From NCBI GenBank assembly GCA_008632985.1, contig QPGO01000051.1:186001-250000 (forward strand): a stretch of 64,000 nt of DNA, in the 5' to 3' direction. This document shows positions 12,675 to 25,884 of the stretch, one piece after another. The notes under the pieces are model-generated. The model was not told the DNA's origin. It saw only the letters and a program-made list of their open reading frames with translations, and searched no databases. Source of the DNA: Psammoneis japonica. Taxonomy: Eukaryota. A program made the translations under genes and the position numbers. Each line of letters begins with the position of its first letter. Within the stretch, counting starts at the first letter, position 1.

Positions 12675-15600
12675 ATGGCACCGAGAGAAGCAACAGGGGC
12701 GTTTCCAGACCAATATCTTACGTTTGATTATGATGCATCCGTCACTATGGGATTACCAGCAGCAGCACATGACCCACCGCCAGTCGCTGCCATGGTTCAG
12801 CAACATCAACAAGACGCAACGGCGGAGGGAGGAGCTGCGCCTACCGCTGGTGCGTTGAACCACGTAGCAACCAGTATGCACGATCTGGTCACCAATTCTT
12901 CTCCCGTTGATCCATTGTCCATCGATCCAACACCACATCAACCATCTCCGTGGACAGCTTACTCTTCAACGGGGTCTTCTGTTAGTGTTGATGGTCTTCC
13001 ATCCATGCCTATCGATACACCAAACGCGGAAGAGTCTTCGCAACCACCATTGCCTCCGTCGCAGTCCCCTGAGTTAACGGTCGTTAACGGTTTTCCCACT
13101 ACGGACTCAACGCACCCGAACTCGACCGAGAATGCGGGCAATGATGTTGACGACGACGATACGAGCGCTCCTCTCAGTACAGGATCTCTGCCAAACGGTT
13201 CGACTGCACCCAACTCACCGCAGAACTCGTTGCCATCCTTGTTTGGAGGATCGCCGATTCCGATTGGAACGAGTCTTGCAAACAACAGAATACCAAGAGC
13301 TACTGCTATGCAACTGCACTCGGTGCTTGACAATAGCACGTCGATTGAGAGTGATGACGAAGAAGATGAAGAGGAACTCCCGATCTCGATCGTACGTTTG
13401 ATTCCGTCAATACCAGTGTGCAGACTTGAGCGAGTCTCACGTGATTACCGATGAAGAAGGCACCAGCGACGCTTCTTCTAGCACTTCTTCCTCTGGATCG
13501 CTTCGTATGATTCACCGAAACACTGCTTTTGACTTGGCAAGCGATACCGGTATCTCTTCCTCACCGGGAAGGGAGCCACTTCACCTCCTCCTCCTCCTGC
13601 TCCAAACTCTCCTCCAATGTCTCCCAACTCGATTCTCTTATCGTTTGGACCAAACACTACTGTTTCGGATCTCAAGTACTTTGCTGAACGTGGTTGTATT
13701 GTAGCACTTCTTCAAGCTCTCACGACACCTCGTCTCGTCACTCTTGGAACTCGCATGCTTGCCGATTATGCCAAGATGCCTCATCGTCGAGTGGCTGTGG
13801 CGAGCAACAAGCGCATTCTAGAGTTTGTCCGAAGCACCATGCTGCAAGTCTCGGAACAATCGGATTGGCTCGGACGAGAGTATGCCGTCGAGACGGTTCG
13901 CAGTCTTACCGCCACGGAAGAGAGTGACAAGTATCTCATGGGAACGCCGGGACTGCTCAACACGTTGGCGCTTGTGGCTCGCGGAGGACCCTTTGTCACT
14001 CATGTACAGGACAATGGCGTGCGCACCACGGTGCCGCTGGCGTCGGAAAAGGCCGTCTTCACGCTTGCATTGCGATAATGAATTTGTCGTGTGGCAAGGC
14101 GAACAAGATTGAAATTGCCAAACTACCCGAAGTCTTGGAAGCGATGCGGGATGTCATGTTTAACACGAGTGACGAAGCACGTCTCAAGGCAACCACGTGT
14201 ATTAAGAACTTAAGCAATGCGGACGCCAATGACTCGGCTCTACTTGGAACGCCCGGTCTCGTGGAAACACTGGGCCATGTCGCGGTAGCCACGTGCTCAC
14301 CCGTTACGGGCGCAACTACCTGCACCACCAATGCCTGTCTGGCACTCATGAATCTTTCCATTTCAAAGGCAAACAAGCACCGCGTCTTTCGAACTCCCGG
14401 TGTCATGGATGCTCTGATGTTGGTGCTGGAACGCACCACGGCACAGGGCTCTTCGAATGAAGCTCGCATCAAGGCGTGCTCTGCCCTCTCCAACCTTGCC
14501 ATTGGATACGATAACAAGATTCCCATGTTTTCCTATCCAGGCTTTGTAGATGCAATCTTGAATGTCATTCAGACCGATACCGGCGAAGCAAGGACAAAGG
14601 CGTGCTCCATCTTGTGGAGTTTTGCCGCAGAAGTCAAAATCAAGTTCCGGTGAGTATACATGGTTACCATGTTATGTTTGGAATGTGAGTTGTGGTTGCG
14701 CAAGCGGATCGGACAAGAACTAACCATTCTACTCCCCCCTCGAATTAGGTTGTTCAACGCGGCGATATACTCCCAACGCTGGTTCACGTTGCCGAGGAAG
14801 ATGGTACACGGAGGCACGTTTTAAGTGTGTTGCTGCTCTCACCTTGTTGGCCGAGTCTTTGGAAAATGCTATTCCACTGCTCGAATCGGGCGCTCTTGCA
14901 CCGCTAATGGATATTTTGCACGAGGCTGGACCCGACCCGACACAATGGAAAGGTCAGACCGCATCCTGGTGTGTTGGTTTCCTCATGAATATTGCCCAAA
15001 GTGACGAAGCGGTTCCTCATTTGAGAGAAGCTGGAGTCGTTGAGCTATTGGCTCCCTTGCTCACGCTTGATCACTACCAAAGTCTCAAGGCTGCCATGGC
15101 TGTCACCTTTGTCTGTCGCTACGATGAAGGTGATGAAACGTATGATTTACTGCGCAAGACGGAGAATGTCATTCCAAAGATTATTAGCTTGCTTCACAAC
15201 ACTCTCTCGGGGAGAGGTGGCAATGGCTACAAGTACGGTGTGTTTACGCTCCGGTCATCGGTTGGTTGCATTGCATCACTGGCGTCTGGTCCTGACTTTA
15301 TGAAGGAGCGGATTGCGACTGGACCGGTGTTTGAAAGCCTTCTACGTGTCATTACTGATTTCTGTGTCGACGGAGGTACACCCGGTGCCATTGTGGTGGC
15401 GGACGGGATGATACTCTGAGTGCCACTCTGGCGATTCGGGCCTTGCATTCCTTGACGGGGCACTTGATTCCAACGGTTGGAAGCAGTGCTTTGCCATTTG
15501 GTCCGTCCATGGAGGATCAGTTGCTGATTGCGCTCCGCGCATTTGAGTCTTGTAGTCATGCTGATGTGAAGGACGAAACCAGACGGCTCGCGACGGACGC

Positions 15601-16122
15601 CAAGTTACGGATTGAAGGCGGTCAAAAAGCGGCAGCACGTGTAAGGAGCATGTCTTGTGCACACGTGGTTGACAGCGGGGAGATCGACATGGGTGACATT
15701 GGTTCCATGGCTAGCAATTGCTGTGGACTCGAGGTTCTTCCGGAACTGGGAGAGGACTTTATCCAGTCTTTGACGTTTCCTCTGACAAACAAGGAAGAAG
15801 ACGATCCAATGCTTGGTGTAGCGAGGATTGTGGAGTCTGACGAGGACTTGCTGAAACGACCTGTAAGGACGTTTTTATTGGCGGATGCGCGGACGGGTCG
15901 AGGTTTGCAGTGCCCGTTGTGCCACACGGGGGTCGAATTTTCAATGACAATAGGGTGTGGTGCTACAGACGAGGCCGATTCTGCATGGAGGGCGAGGAAC
16001 CGGACCCGAACTTTGAGTGGACCGAGGAGCTCCAGCGAGCCTACGAGGCCACTATCGAGGGGAACGGAGTATCGGCTACATCGCCTGGGTCCATTGTTCC
16101 AGTGGGACAAGGAAACCAATAG
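12675..16122 (+). CDS. Armadillo-repeat protein with a long low-complexity Ser/Pro N-terminus; one intron (about 14650-14748) and frameshifts
   Basis: Repeated helical ARM-like units (EARLKATTCIKNLS, EARIKACSALSNLA, EARTKACSILWSFA) across ORFs 13617-14078, 14078-14653, 14844-15419, 15443- and 15910-16122. Confidence 0.8.
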
Positions 16123-16659
16123 AAAGATTATAATAGTGACGGTGAGCAGTGCATCATAACTGACTGCATGCGCACGATAAGTTTAAGAAGATAGCATAAC
16201 AACAATACGTTAGGAAGAATAAAGCCGAAAGGATTCAATTTGGGTTTCCGAGCTGTGAACCTCTCTACGAGTATCTTGCTTTCAACGTGGCGGTGATGAT
16301 ATGCCTCCACCGTTGTTACTCGATTTGTTGGATGGTAAAGGCGTTTTTCTGTTTCGTTAGCCTCACACACGGGCGCTGACAAACTTGTTACAGTTCTTTC
16401 CCGAATGGTGTCAAGGGGTTGATTTTTGGCAGCTATCGAATGGCGGTTTGATGATTTTACGAAGGTAGCGATACATCAATGTTACACTCCTACTTGCTGT
16501 TGGGAGGATTACTACGGCTATTGCATTTCTGGGGACACAAGAGCGCAGGGAGCTTGTCTACGAGTTGAGTGTGCGAATGACGAGACGCAAAACAAATAAA
16601 AGGGAGCTCGAGACGATGAGAAAAGTCTTGGTACCACTGAAGTCTCTATCGATTACGAT

Positions 16660-18503
16660 TTAGAATGTTTCAAATTTTATTTTCTTGGGATCAACACCAA
16701 GGTCTTCAAGCCCGGATTCAATGTCAGCCATGAAAGAACCCGTTCCACACATGTAAAAGTCAGCTTTTTGAACATCTGCTACCAAGTTTTCCAGGAGCTT
16801 TGCGCTAATACGGCCCTCAGAATTGTGTTCTGTATCGGATTCCCTTGGTCTCGAATAAGCAACGTGCGTCTTCACAAAGCCATTTCCGAGTTCAACCAGC
16901 TCGCTAATTTCTTCCTGAAAAGGATGATGCGCGCCGTCTCTTGCACCGTGCACCCAAAGGACTTTTCTTCTTTGTGCTTTTGGTAATCTTTGGTTAGAGC
17001 GAACCACGGCATGCAACATAGACAGGATGGGAGTGATGCCGACACCCGCACTGACAAGCACCAACGTGTTCTCTTTGTTACTACTGCCTTCAAGAACGAA
17101 ATCTCCGGCAGGCCGATGTACCTGAATGGTGTCGCCAGCGTGAATGTTGTCATGCAGAAGGGTCGACGCCGCTCCAAAAGGTTCGCGTTTCACAGATATG
17201 CGATAACCTATCCAATCGGTGCTTCCCGAAAGTGAATAGGTTCGGTCGAGGGTTTTTTCTTTGTCTGCCTTGATTGTAATGGGGAGGTGCTGTCCAGGGC
17301 TAAACTTCCATAGATCTTGTCGGTCTCCGTCTCGCGGCATCAAGTAGAAACTGGTCACATCTTTGCTTTCCTTCTCCTTACGGACTACTTCTAAGGTTCG
17401 TTCTTGGTTTTCCAAGTCGTCGTTTGTCCATCGAAGAGGAAGAGACCCTTCATGTAGTTCTACAACCTCTTCAATCGAGAACTCGATTACCCTTTTTGCT
17501 CCAGGGTAGAAGCTTGCCGCCTTGGCTTCATCAAAGTCGACCGTGGCGGTACCTGTGAGCTGAATCATCCCTCCCGTTTCAAATAAAGGAAAGGTGACAC
17601 CCATACGATTATCCATCATCAAGTTTCCGATTGAGTTGAAATGATTGTTTCCTGAAAAATCAGGAAGTAACAAAGTCTTGTTGTCCCTAACACCGACCCA
17701 GCCTTTAGGTCCACCACGATGCGAAGCGTCATTACCCCATCGAGGGTCTTCTCCTTGCCCTCGATATCCCCGTAGCGATAAAGAGAGTTTCGCTGTTTTT
17801 GATGCGGTCGATTTGACTCGGGGATAATTCTTTCGGTTACGAGGATAGCTTCCCCCTTTGAATAAGTCCGTTCTCTTCATTGCTGTTTTCTTTAGAAGTG
17901 GCAGACCACCACTTTCTGGCTTTATGTACTGTGGGCAATTACCAAAGCTCTGATCTACTGCAAACTCGATGCCTGCTGCTTGTTTTTCTCCATCCAATGA
18001 GGTCTCTGGATATGCCGCAACTATACGGCCATTCACACGGTTTCGACGTTTCGTAGCAAATTCAATTCCTAAGATGCCGAGGTCCGATCCAGGCTTTAAT
18101 GAATCTTGCAATGCATCACCTGGGACTGGAAGCCCCCTAACTAGAAGAGACTTGGAGGTCGGGCTCGTAACAAAATCATTTTCTCCGTCGGGATGTGTGA
18201 GGAGTGTCGACCACATTCTGTTCTCGCTATCTCGCGCCGCAACGGCCAGGAATGGTTGTGCCTCGAAAAATTCCCGATGTTGAATCGGCATGTAGGGTCG
18301 AATGACCTTTGGAGCTGTTGAAATGACGATAAAAAGCCATTGTTTTTATGTAAGTTATGCCGGGAGGAAGTGATAACATTTTCGGTAATTGACCATGTTG
18401 AAAACGCACCATAAGACATGACGTGTGAACTAACGCCAAGCCGATCCTGCACTGAAGTTTCACCTCTGTGGAAGGGAGTTGCTGGGGAAGAAGCAATAGC
18501 CAT
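16660..18503 (-). CDS. Pyridoxamine-5'-phosphate-oxidase-like FMN-binding domains fused to an FAD/NAD(P)-binding ferredoxin-reductase-like domain (bacterial-type architecture)
   Basis: PFHRGE, MPIQHREFF, RRNRVNG, SFGNCPQYI, DASHRGG, PDFSGNNHFNSIGNL. FNR motifs PGQH, RTYSLS, SAGVGITP, FYMCG and terminal FETF. Intron about 18408-18316. A compensated frameshift pair near 17910/17770. Confidence 0.88.
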
Positions 18504-18912
18504 ACTGAATGCTTGCTATCGATTATTTGATGTAGTTGTTTTGGATATCTCTCTGTTTTGTGAGAGCAACCTACGCTTTGATGTCATGATCAATGAGGGG
18601 TGGGATCTCCGACGAACGATGTGCGAAAATGGCGTGGGCGAAAAATGAGGAGGTCCAGGTCGCAAGGGCAGTACGATATCATAGGAGGGCAATAATTCGT
18701 GGTATGGCGATCTCTGATTGGTCAAACTAAAGTATATTTATTTTCGACGTGATTGTATATATTTTTATCGATTACTGCGCGTGCAACTTTCGCACGCCAA
18801 ACAAGAAGCTTCGTCGAAGCACGTGCCGTTTTTGGAGGATGATGAGCAGAGACAGCTCACAAAATCAAGAAAAACATCAAGCCGAAAACAACCCTAAACT
18901 CTAAACGTCAAC

Positions 18913-19326
18913 ATGTCTGTCCCGAGCGAAAATAACAGCCTTACCTCTGGAGTTTCTCACGTCGGTCTCTCCGTCTCCGACCTTGAAGCTTCCTTCAAGT
19001 TCTTCGAATCCATCGGATATTCCAAAGTTGGGGGCAGTGAGTCATACCCTTCGTATTTCGTCTCCGACGGCTCATCTCTAGTCACTCTGTGGCAAACGGA
19101 TGAAGGTGCAACTCCTTTTGACAGACGCAAGAATGTAGGCCTGCATCACCTGGCCATTAAAGTCCCTTCCAAAGAAGCCCTCAACGAAGTTTATGACATT
19201 GTGACGGCACTCGAAGGAGTGAAGAGCGATTTCGCACCCCAGGAGCTAGCGGGTACGCCTCTGACTCACGCTATGGTCTTCGAGCCGTCTGGAAACAGGA
19301 TTGAGTTTACGTACCATCAACAATAA
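18913..19326 (+). CDS. VOC/glyoxalase-family protein, intronless
   Basis: GVSHVGLSVSDLEAS, LVTLWQ, FDRRKNVGLHHLA, HAMVFEPSGNRIEF (His...His...Glu metal ligands). Confidence 0.88.
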   Translation: MSVPSENNSLTSGVSHVGLSVSDLEASFKFFESIGYSKVGGSESYPSYFVSDGSSLVTLWQTDEGATPFDRRKNVGLHHLAIKVPSKEALNEVYDIVTALEGVKSDFAPQELAGTPLTHAMVFEPSGNRIEFTYHQQ

Positions 19327-19949
19327 TCAGTAGAAACCTTCATAATTAGATACAAGTCATTTGCAAAGAATTCTCCCGTGATTCGAGTACAAAGTTCACA
19401 ACGAACAGATCGTTGAAACGACGCATGTGTTTACGCGAGCGCCACTTTCATTTGTGTGTCGATACCACTAAGTCTTCAGACACTATCCGAAGAACCATAG
19501 GTTCGCAAGCGCAGTCAAATTCCAATGTCGTGTCCTCATCATTCGTGGAAAATTCCCTTCCGACTTGTTTATCACGTGAAACCGCAACTTTTCGGCGAAT
19601 CTCAAGAGTGATTGGCTCTTCAGACTTCCCAAAATGACCGAAAAGAAACAATCCTCATATTTTCAGGTCCTCGACTGAAGCTTGCGCTGTACTCCGCCAA
19701 TACAGTGAAAGACAATGTGCGGGTGCTTCTGCCAACAGCATGTCATGCGGCCAAGTTAATTACTGAAACAAATGATTCCAACGCTTTCTTGTACTTTCCA
19801 TTTTCCACTGACCTTTGAAGGCAATCAGGAAGGAGTGTGGAAACAATGGTCAAAACTAACTAGCCTTAGTGAAAAGCGGAGTATCAGATTTCCGTTCTTC
19901 CTTTTACTTTGAAGGGGTGCAGGAGTGACGCCTGATTTTTTTTCACGGG

Positions 19950-20331
19950 CTATCGCTGCAAGTCCTTCAATTCTTCTTCCCTGTCAGCCTTTGGTAGCTT
20001 TTTCAAAAAATCTTTGGGCAGAGCATTGTTGTCGTATGCTTGGTCTACCAAAGGTGCGTTTTCCTCCAAGTACTCCATAAGCGTATCGACGCAAATATCT
20101 TCAGGTAAGGGAATACTCTTGACGTAGTCTGGCTGCAAATGTTTGGCCGCAAAGATACTTGATCCCGTCCAAAAGTCACCCGATGGTCCGATATGAAGAA
20201 AAAGGGACGGAGGAGAAGAAGAGGAGGAGGACCGAAGTGATGGACAGAGCGGCGAAGATGCAAGCACTCTCGATTGACTCCCCATGCCCCATCTCAGCGA
20301 TGCTCGACGTGTCATCATGATTAGAAGCATG
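19950..20331 (-). CDS. Conserved-looking hypothetical protein with a Ser/Arg-rich presequence
   Basis: ORF core LFLHIGPSGDFWTGSSIFAAKHLQPDYVKSIPLP; start codon uncertain. Confidence 0.55.
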
Positions 20332-20932
20332 ATACTCGGAGTCGGAGTCGAGTCCAACACGCGTTGACGTTTCAGTCGTAAGTTGGAGGTCAAAGTTGGG
20401 ATACAGCCTGCGTCCGTTGTAATTGAAAAAGGCAGAAGTAATTGCGAGATAGCCTCGAGCGACGAGAGCTGGCGGTGCGATACCGTGCCGTGGCTGGAGG
20501 TGCGCGATCGTTTCTGGTCGGAGTCGATTGTCGCGGAAATCGCAGGCTTCAGCGACTACAGTAGAGTAGAGCCTCTACTGTACTAGCTAGTCTGCGGCTT
20601 CGTCTTCTGCCGAGTAGCAATCTGCTACAATACTTGGAGCAAAGCAACTGATTCTATTTTGCTATCGGGAGCAAATAATCCCATTATGTGCAGTATTCTA
20701 TAATATTTGCTGCTTATCTCTACTAGATACTTGCAAAATACTTTAATCTCTAGGGCCAGTTCCAAGTGGAATATTAACATCTCATGATGTGTGTATGGTT
20801 CTATTCTATTTCAGTGTATTCTATTCTATGTTCTATCTATCCTTCGAAGAGCTGTTACTCGTTCACCAAGTATCATCCTCTTTCTCTCTATAAAATTCAA
20901 ACGTGTACGAGATCCGATTCCCCACGGATCGT

Positions 20933-22078
20933 TCAAGAAAGTGACATTGCAGTTCGGTTGCTGTCGGGACCTTTCTCGACCATCATGGCGCTCAGCTTTT
21001 CCTGCATTTCCGTCACAAGCAAGCGTTGAATCGCTTGTCCAAGTTGTTCGTCATTCTCCATGAGAGCTGTCAACTTGGACGTGTTGATTCTCAGCAGGGT
21101 AGCTCCAGATTCTCGTCCTGTCTTGATGGTCGTCTTGGGCAAGGGCAATGACTTGTCTTGAGTCCTCTTCTTTGCACTTCTATCTTTCTTTACTATCTTC
21201 TTGTTTCTTTCATCAAGGGAACGGACAAACTGCATGTCTCCCAACAGGGCCATGTAGTGAGCTTCGTCCGGTCTTGGAGACGATGTCTTGCGTGATATGG
21301 TTTGCAGAGTCTTGCCTTGAGATATGACCTGCACGTCTCCACGGTAAACCCAATACATGTACTGGTCGTCTTCTTCGCCGTTGCTACTCGCGTTGTTCCT
21401 CTCTTCTGTCGATATGACAGTGTCGGGATCAACTTCGATCCAGTCCATTGCAACAGCAAGCATGGCCTTGTACTGAGCCCATGACATTCCTGCCGGGTAA
21501 AAGAGATTTTGGTATGTCCTGCCGTCACGAATAGAGGGTGAGCTCCACGTAGATGCAATCATAGGAAGAGCACTCTGGTACAGTCCTCGGAAGGCAATAC
21601 CCAGCATGAGTATCTGAAACATGAGCTCTTCACCATGAATGGAATGATCCGGAACGTAATCAGCAGATACAGCCAGCAAGCGTCCAATCACCGTAAATAG
21701 CCTCAGCGCAGCAGTAGCAGGACCGAAAAACGTAACCATATCTAAAGCGACATGACTCATATCGTTCAGCACCTCTGCTTCCACGTTTGGATCCGTTATC
21801 AGCGAGGCACTAGTCGGAGTCGCACTCATCAAAAATGACAGAGTCGGGACAACAAAAGCTTTCGCTTCAGTGAGAGGCGTCAAGAGATTCGATGCATCTT
21901 GACCGTCGAGTAGCATGGACAAGCTTGTCGAGGAGGTCGATGTTGATGCTGCGCGACTCCGACGATTTGGCGAGGTCGTCATTGCGATTTGGCGCGTTTG
22001 AATCTTGGGAATGTTTGAAAACGCCAACGAGTCCGTCGCCACAGTAGCTGCGACCAAAAGGGCAACAGTGTATCGCAT
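20933..22078 (-). CDS. Putative plastid-targeted protein with a Popeye/cyclic-nucleotide-binding-like C-terminal domain
   Basis: Signal peptide MRYTVALLVAATVATDSLA-F followed by a Ser/Thr/Arg transit region; hydrophobic segments; YQNLFYPAGMSWAQYKAM, MYWVYRGDVQV and LLGDMQF resemble a cNMP beta-roll. Confidence 0.6.
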   Translation of the reverse strand: MRYTVALLVAATVATDSLAFSNIPKIQTRQIAMTTSPNRRSRAASTSTSSTSLSMLLDGQDASNLLTPLTEAKAFVVPTLSFLMSATPTSASLITDPNVEAEVLNDMSHVALDMVTFFGPATAALRLFTVIGRLLAVSADYVPDHSIHGEELMFQILMLGIAFRGLYQSALPMIASTWSSPSIRDGRTYQNLFYPAGMSWAQYKAMLAVAMDWIEVDPDTVISTEERNNASSNGEEDDQYMYWVYRGDVQVISQGKTLQTISRKTSSPRPDEAHYMALLGDMQFVRSLDERNKKIVKKDRSAKKRTQDKSLPLPKTTIKTGRESGATLLRINTSKLTALMENDEQLGQAIQRLLVTEMQEKLSAMMVEKGPDSNRTAMSLS

Positions 22079-23283
22079 TCGTCTCCTTGTCATGTTGTAG
22101 TCTCGGGTTGCTGCTACTCTTGAGATATCTCTGATTTTCTTGAAAACGATGCGTCGATTGATGGCTATCGAAAAAATTATGACGGGCAGCAGATGTTTCG
22201 GCGACACTCGGCGGTTGTGCAGTGTTCAGTCACGCAAAAAAAACGTCGGTCGTGCCCCAGGAAAAGTGAAAGATTTCGCGTCTCAACGGTTCAAAATGTG
22301 ATGATGTCGATTTTGAAAAATCGATTTACTTAGGGACGTGCACTGAGGGCAGTTATCATTTGAAATTATTATTGCCTTGAATAGATGACATCACATAAAG
22401 CAGTCAAATTCGTTGCTGAGTCACTCCTATTGTCGACGTCACCCCTTCTTTTGATGACGAGATGCACAACTGATATCAATCATACAATACTGTAGTTCGA
22501 ATACTTTTTTAAATTTAGTACGCGGTACTGTACGCACGAGGTCCACAACATCATGCATAGGGCCTACCATACGCGTGCGTTTCCAGTTTCCAGACTCCTC
22601 CCTACTCCTCTCCGGTACTCTCTACTCTACGTAGAGAGCTACATAGAGTAGACTATTCCTCCAAACTACATCCTCAACTTGCTACTCCCGCTCCTAGAAG
22701 AACCCATCTGTTTGGAAGATGACCAAATTCTACGTTATCATGGCCTTGTTTCCGATTCCAAGCCTTTTCTAGTGGCCAATAGTATCGCAGAGACTCTTGT
22801 TGTTATTGCGGAAAATTGGTATCTCGAAAAGAGGTTACAATCAATCCAAAAGAAACTGTCCATATCTCGCAAAAGAATCGTGAAACTGCACGAGCAGATA
22901 TAGTTCAATTCTACTGATATATCCATTCTCGTCATCTCTGCCGCCTTTCTTTGATGTTCGATGCGATTCCTAGCTAGAGAAAAACAAGGGAACGATTATT
23001 ATTTGCGAACCTTGCTACATTTACTCTTCGAGAAGGCGCAAAGATGCGAAGATGCAATCTTGTTTCCGTATGGCAAAGATAAATATCCGGTCATAGCATA
23101 GCCGCCAAGCGGAATCAAAGCTCTAGAGGCAGCAGTGTGCTTCTCGTTTGAGCCCTGACCGACAATCTTTAGAATTGCGGACGCAATCATTCTCAAAGCT
23201 GAGTCGTAGCGTATCGTCACAAACCTACAGCATGGAAGCTCTCGATCATCACTGTGTTGCCTCTCCTTCGAAGCTCTAGAGCG

Positions 23284-24333
23284 CTAGTTCAACACAAACT
23301 CCTTTGCTGGAGAAATATTGTCACCCGCAACGGTATCAAGTGACGCTATCTCCTCCTCCGTAAGCCTCCACTCGGTAGCATGCACAATATCGGAAACCTG
23401 TGCTGCTGTCTTTGCTCCAGAGATTGGGATTGTACCTTTGCATATGGACCAATTGTAGGTAATTTGCGGAAACGTTGTGCCGCGTCCTTGTGCAATGTAT
23501 GCCATGACGGCTCGGAGCTCTGTTGTGGCCAACAGACAGCGTTTGAGGCGGTAGTATCGGCCTCGTGGTTGCTGAGGCAACGTGCTTTCGTCGTGTGGAT
23601 CATACAAGCCAGACAAAACACCCTTGCTGACGGGACTATACGCGAGAACCTTGATGCCAAGGTCGTCGCACACTTGCTTTGTTTCCTTGGTGATGCCATA
23701 GCGCATCAAATTAAACCCAATCTGATTCGACACCAAAGGGACGCCACGTTTGCTAGTGCCTGGTAAGCTCTACGAACCATGGTTGGTCCATAATTACAAA
23801 CACCGACATTTCTAGCAAGACCCTGGTGAAAGCATTCTGCGAGACCGTCCCAATATACTTCATCCAATTCCTGGAGTACGCCCAATTGTACAAGAGGATT
23901 CGAATCTTGATAGTGAATTTGATACAAATCAATACTATCAACTCCGAGTCGTTTGGAGGATGCTCGACACGCTTCCACAACGGATTGCGATGACGTTCGA
24001 AAGGTACTGGGAGAAAACTTTGTCGCAGTCAAGAGTCCTTTGCCCAGCGTAGTTCCAGCGTCGTTTGCTGCCGCTGCCAGGGTCTCTTCTGCTTTGCCTT
24101 TGCCATACGTTTCTCCTGTGTCAATGAGTGTCCCAGATGGAAGCAACTGAAGGATTTCCTTGATGGTATCAGGCTCATTTGGAAGCAGATTGAGTGTTCC
24201 CATGGCGACTGGTGAAATGGAGAGCGAACCGAGAGATACACCAGCACTCAAGGCATTAGCAGACGAAAATGTTAAAAGAAGCAAGGGCAATGGCAGGAAA
24301 AGGATGGTAAATGGTCTTGCTGACAAGACCATG
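23284..24333 (-). CDS. Aldo-keto reductase (pyridoxal-reductase-like) with signal peptide; one frameshift near 23740
   Basis: LIDTGETYG, ATKF, SSKRLGVDSIDLYQIH, VGVCNY, SNQIGFNL, LAYSP, IPISGAK. Confidence 0.88.
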
Positions 24334-24599
24334 TTGCAAGATGTAACCGAAGAACGCATTGGCCACCGGCAAACAACAAGCGCTTCGTATCATTGTGGTA
24401 ATGATCGCCCGTCGCGTGTCGTGTCGCAAAAAATGCGGATGAAGAATGATTGAAGATGTATGTGCAGATTGGGGATAGTGACGTCACCCATAACCAAAAA
24501 TGGCGGGAAAAGACCGTCCATCGTCAGGTGGTGCTGTGCGGGTGAAAGATCGGCGATCGATCTCTTACAGCATGTCAGAGATCGCCGAGAGATCCAATC

Positions 24600-25600
24600 G
24601 TATCAACGCCCTCTGGTGCAGACAAGGAAGCATCCATTTTTGTCCTTGAGTGTGAAACTGGCATTCTGTTCTTGACATGGACTGCACGATGATGCCCCAG
24701 CCAGCTGGCCGTCTCCACCAAAAGTTGTTTCTGTCTTGATTGGACCCAACAATTGTCGTCACTCGGAGCACATTTTGTGTCTGAAATTAATGCTTCTCCC
24801 TCCAATCCCATTGCCAGTGTTCTGTTGAACAAGGGTGACAATTCTCATTGGAAATTTTAGCAACTGACAAGCAAGACTTCTCTCGCCAGTCTTCATCTTT
24901 TGCCATTGAAATGAGAGTGTGACGATTTCATCAGATGCTCTGGACATCACCTCCTGAAGAAATTCTGCAGTTTGCTGTCCCCCTCCATGGGAACAAGCAT
25001 GTCGGACACTTCAGCAAGGAGGCAGCCATTGCTTGGCGCATGGGCTGAAGAGCGGCGTGTTTGGCTGGGCTGTCGCGGCTGTCATGTTGGTCAGCACAAA
25101 CTCAAAGGAACCTGCAAAGTCAGATTCAATGCTGATTTGGAGACTTGTGATGTGATTGACTGCATCAAAACTGACTGGTGATGATTTCAGCTGCTGTGGT
25201 TCCGGCGTGTTGTCACCCCCTCCTGCCTGCGGGCCAAACACTCTCAGTGTCTTTGCCCTGCAAATGGCTGGCAGAGCTCTGTCAAACTTTTCATTGTGTT
25301 CCTGTTAGTTTTGCCAGTGGCTTGCCATCAAGGTGGTTGTCAGAAAAGGCAACAAGAAACAGAGCCATTGTGAGAGCCTGGTGGCGGCGAGCCTTGAATC
25401 TTGGCTCCTGAGACTGACACCATTGAATGGCTGGATGTGCCAATCACAGTGTGGTTGCCAAATTACTTTCCCTGGCTTCCTGCTCTTGTTTCCTGTGGAC
25501 TTTGTTTGTTCTTTCCAATGAAGCCGAACCTGATTTTCAACTTTTGCAGTTTTTTGCTGCCTGTCACTGCTGTGTTTGGCTCTGATCACTGCTTCCGTTG
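24600..25600. mobile_element. TpA-depleted degenerate repeat island between divergent genes
   Basis: Almost no TA, Tyr-free ORFs; flanked on the right by a long hairpin (25776-25842). Confidence 0.55.
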
Positions 25601-25775
25601 TGCTTTTAGTAGTCTTGGTGATACAAGCTTATACTTCTACCAACAGGTTTGTCTTGGTGTTGCACTGCTCAAAGAGTGTGTGGAGGGGCCGAGAAAGCGG
25701 CGGCAAAACCCGGGAACGACGGCGGAAGAGATGGCATTGTGACTGCGAGAGCCCGCGCAAAATTTTTGGTCACGA

Positions 25776-25842
25776 GTTGGCGGGACTCAAGGGAGTGATA
25801 CGACTCCGCCGGAGTCGTATCACTCCCTTCAGTCCCGCTAAC
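25776..25842. repeat. 32-bp-stem inverted repeat with a 3-nt loop
   Basis: gttggcgggactcaagggagtgatacgactcc-gcc-ggagtcgtatcactcccttcagtcccgctaac, 2 mismatches. Confidence 0.9.
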
Positions 25843-25884
25843 CATCGCGACTCGTGACTCGCCGTACGGTAACGTATTCTACAT

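Noticed and set aside
22679..23220. Short ORFs between the cNMP-like and AKR genes
   Set aside because: Under 80 aa with no motifs; not supportable as genes
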